Notes under the pieces: model-generated
Told to the model about the DNA's origin: nothing
What the model saw: the letters and a program-made list of their open reading frames with translations, nothing else
Databases searched by the model: none
In this document: in pieces, positions 7,132 through 8,185 of the stretch
Position numbering within the stretch: the stretch's first letter is position 1
Layout of the letters: the number at the start of each line of letters is the position of its first letter
Origin: Octopus sinensis
Taxonomy: Eukaryota
NCBI RefSeq assembly: GCF_006345805.1
Contig: NW_021828564.1
Span: forward strand, 1-8,185
Length of the DNA stretch: 8,185 bases
Direction: 5' to 3'
Made by a program: the position numbers and the translations under genes

Positions 7132-7360
7132 GGGAAAAAAGTCAAGATAAAAGATGCTAAAATAGTTTTATAAAAAACTTTTCAGTACCGGTTTCAGTCA
7201 TTGAGACTTTTTCAATTGAAACGATTAAATAATTAAATTTAGAAAAATTAAAAGAAAAGTTTTTTTTTAAAGAATATTTGTATAGTGTTCAGAAATAAGT
7301 GACATTTTCCTTGTTTCTGCCTGTCTGTCTCTCTTGTTTACTCTTGTGGGTTCGAGGTCC
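7132..7360 (-). mobile_element. Probable Penelope-like element (pLTR) fragment embedded in (TA)n
   Basis: A 229-bp segment bounded by (TA)n at 7112-7131 and 7361-7397 that contains a minimal type I hammerhead. Such motifs are an established feature of Penelope-like element pLTRs. Confidence 0.62.
7180..7221 (-). ncRNA. Minimal type I hammerhead ribozyme, U3-A8 core variant
   Basis: Minus strand: UUUCAA (7221-7216), UUGAAAA (7215-7209), AGUC-UCAAU-GACU (stem II), GAAA (7195-7192), CCGG, UA, CUGAAA (7185-7180). Stem III is the palindrome ACCGGU, with a GUA triplet. Stem I has 5 bp plus an A/C mismatch next to the core. Confidence 0.75.

Positions 7361-7397
<37 letters not shown>
7361..7397. 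repeat. (TA)n microsatellite
   Basis: Near-pure TA run; similar runs at 7112-7131 and 7730-7748. Confidence 0.95.
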
Positions 7398-7401
<4 letters not shown>

Positions 7402-7610
7402 CATATACTAGAGCACCCAACATATTTTGCCCCTGAATCTTTCTAGACGTGTTAAGAGTAAATTTGGAAGTATTCAGCATTGATTTCACTGTAGAAGTTG
7501 TCAACAATGATTTTTTTTTATCGGATGGTAGCTACAAGGACCGGTCACTAAAAATTTCCGTTTGCTGAAAGTATAATCAAAATATGGGCTTTGGCTAGTC
7601 TTAAGGTTAC

Positions 7611-7661
7611 GGTTACTTGTGTTTGAGGGGACACAATATGCCGAAACACCGGTGTTCAACC
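7611..7661 (+). ncRNA. Possible decayed type I hammerhead motif
   Basis: CC-GAAA (7643-7646), palindrome AACACCGGUGUU (7645-7656), then CAACC, whose AACC can pair with GGUU at 7611-7614. No clean CUGANGA is present (closest is UUGAGGG). Confidence 0.35.
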
Positions 7662-7855
7662 AGAATACTGTACACCAATAGGAGAGATCGAGAGAGAATG
7701 TGTGCGAGTGTGTTTGTGCGTGTACAAAGATATATATATATATATATACTACACGCGCTTATTTACATGTTATACACACTCAGCTAGACACACACATCTT
7801 CATATATAAAATGGGGAAAAGCAAAATGATTTTATGTTTGTTAATTTGTTTGTAA

Positions 7856-7941
7856 ACACACACACACATATACTTCCATATATGTTTATATATATATATA
7901 CATACATATATGTGTGTGTATGTGTGTGTGTGTGTATGTAT
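7856..7941. repeat. Mixed (CA)n/(TA)n/(TG)n simple repeat
   Basis: CA run, TA run, then TG run. Confidence 0.9.
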
Positions 7942-8185
7942 AATTGTTTGAGTGCTGATATAAAAATAAAATCCGAAAGAGAGAAAGCAACAGAGGAAAA
8001 AGGCGAAGCAAATTCTTTTGATCTTACAATAAATAACCTACGATAGCTCCGTATTCCATCATTAGACTTCTTAGCTCTATTTTCAAACACGGAAAATTTA
8101 CTAGAAAGAAACACTTTGTGTTTTCTTCTTTGTGCTTGTGACACTTTGACATTCTGATATTTTGGTCAACAAGTTTAAATAAAAG

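Noticed and set aside
7348-7360. gggttcgaggtcc as a Pol III B-box
   Set aside because: No upstream A-box or tRNA-like context, and it is directly followed by (TA)n.

Overview
AT-rich, microsatellite-rich, non-coding eukaryotic DNA. The SINE families look like those I know from Octopus/coleoid cephalopods (recognition only, no search run). No intact gene is supported; the listed ORFs are low-complexity or repeat artefacts, except for a C-terminal zinc-finger remnant of a non-LTR retrotransposon (RTE-like) at about 6855-7028. Most of the window is mobile DNA: three tRNA-derived SINE families (one copy with a perfect 19-bp target-site duplication, one tandem-multimer cluster), an 85-bp near-perfect fold-back hairpin and many simple repeats. 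The main finding is self-cleaving RNA motifs. A ~590-600-bp unit repeated ~2.4 times in tandem (2171-3600) carries a minus-strand type I hammerhead ribozyme with an unusually long (~73-nt) stem II, which is a retrozyme / Penelope pseudo-LTR-like layout. A second, unrelated minimal hammerhead with a U3-A8 core lies at 7180-7221 (-), and a probable third, decayed one at 7611-7661 (+). All three elements sit between (TA)n tracts.
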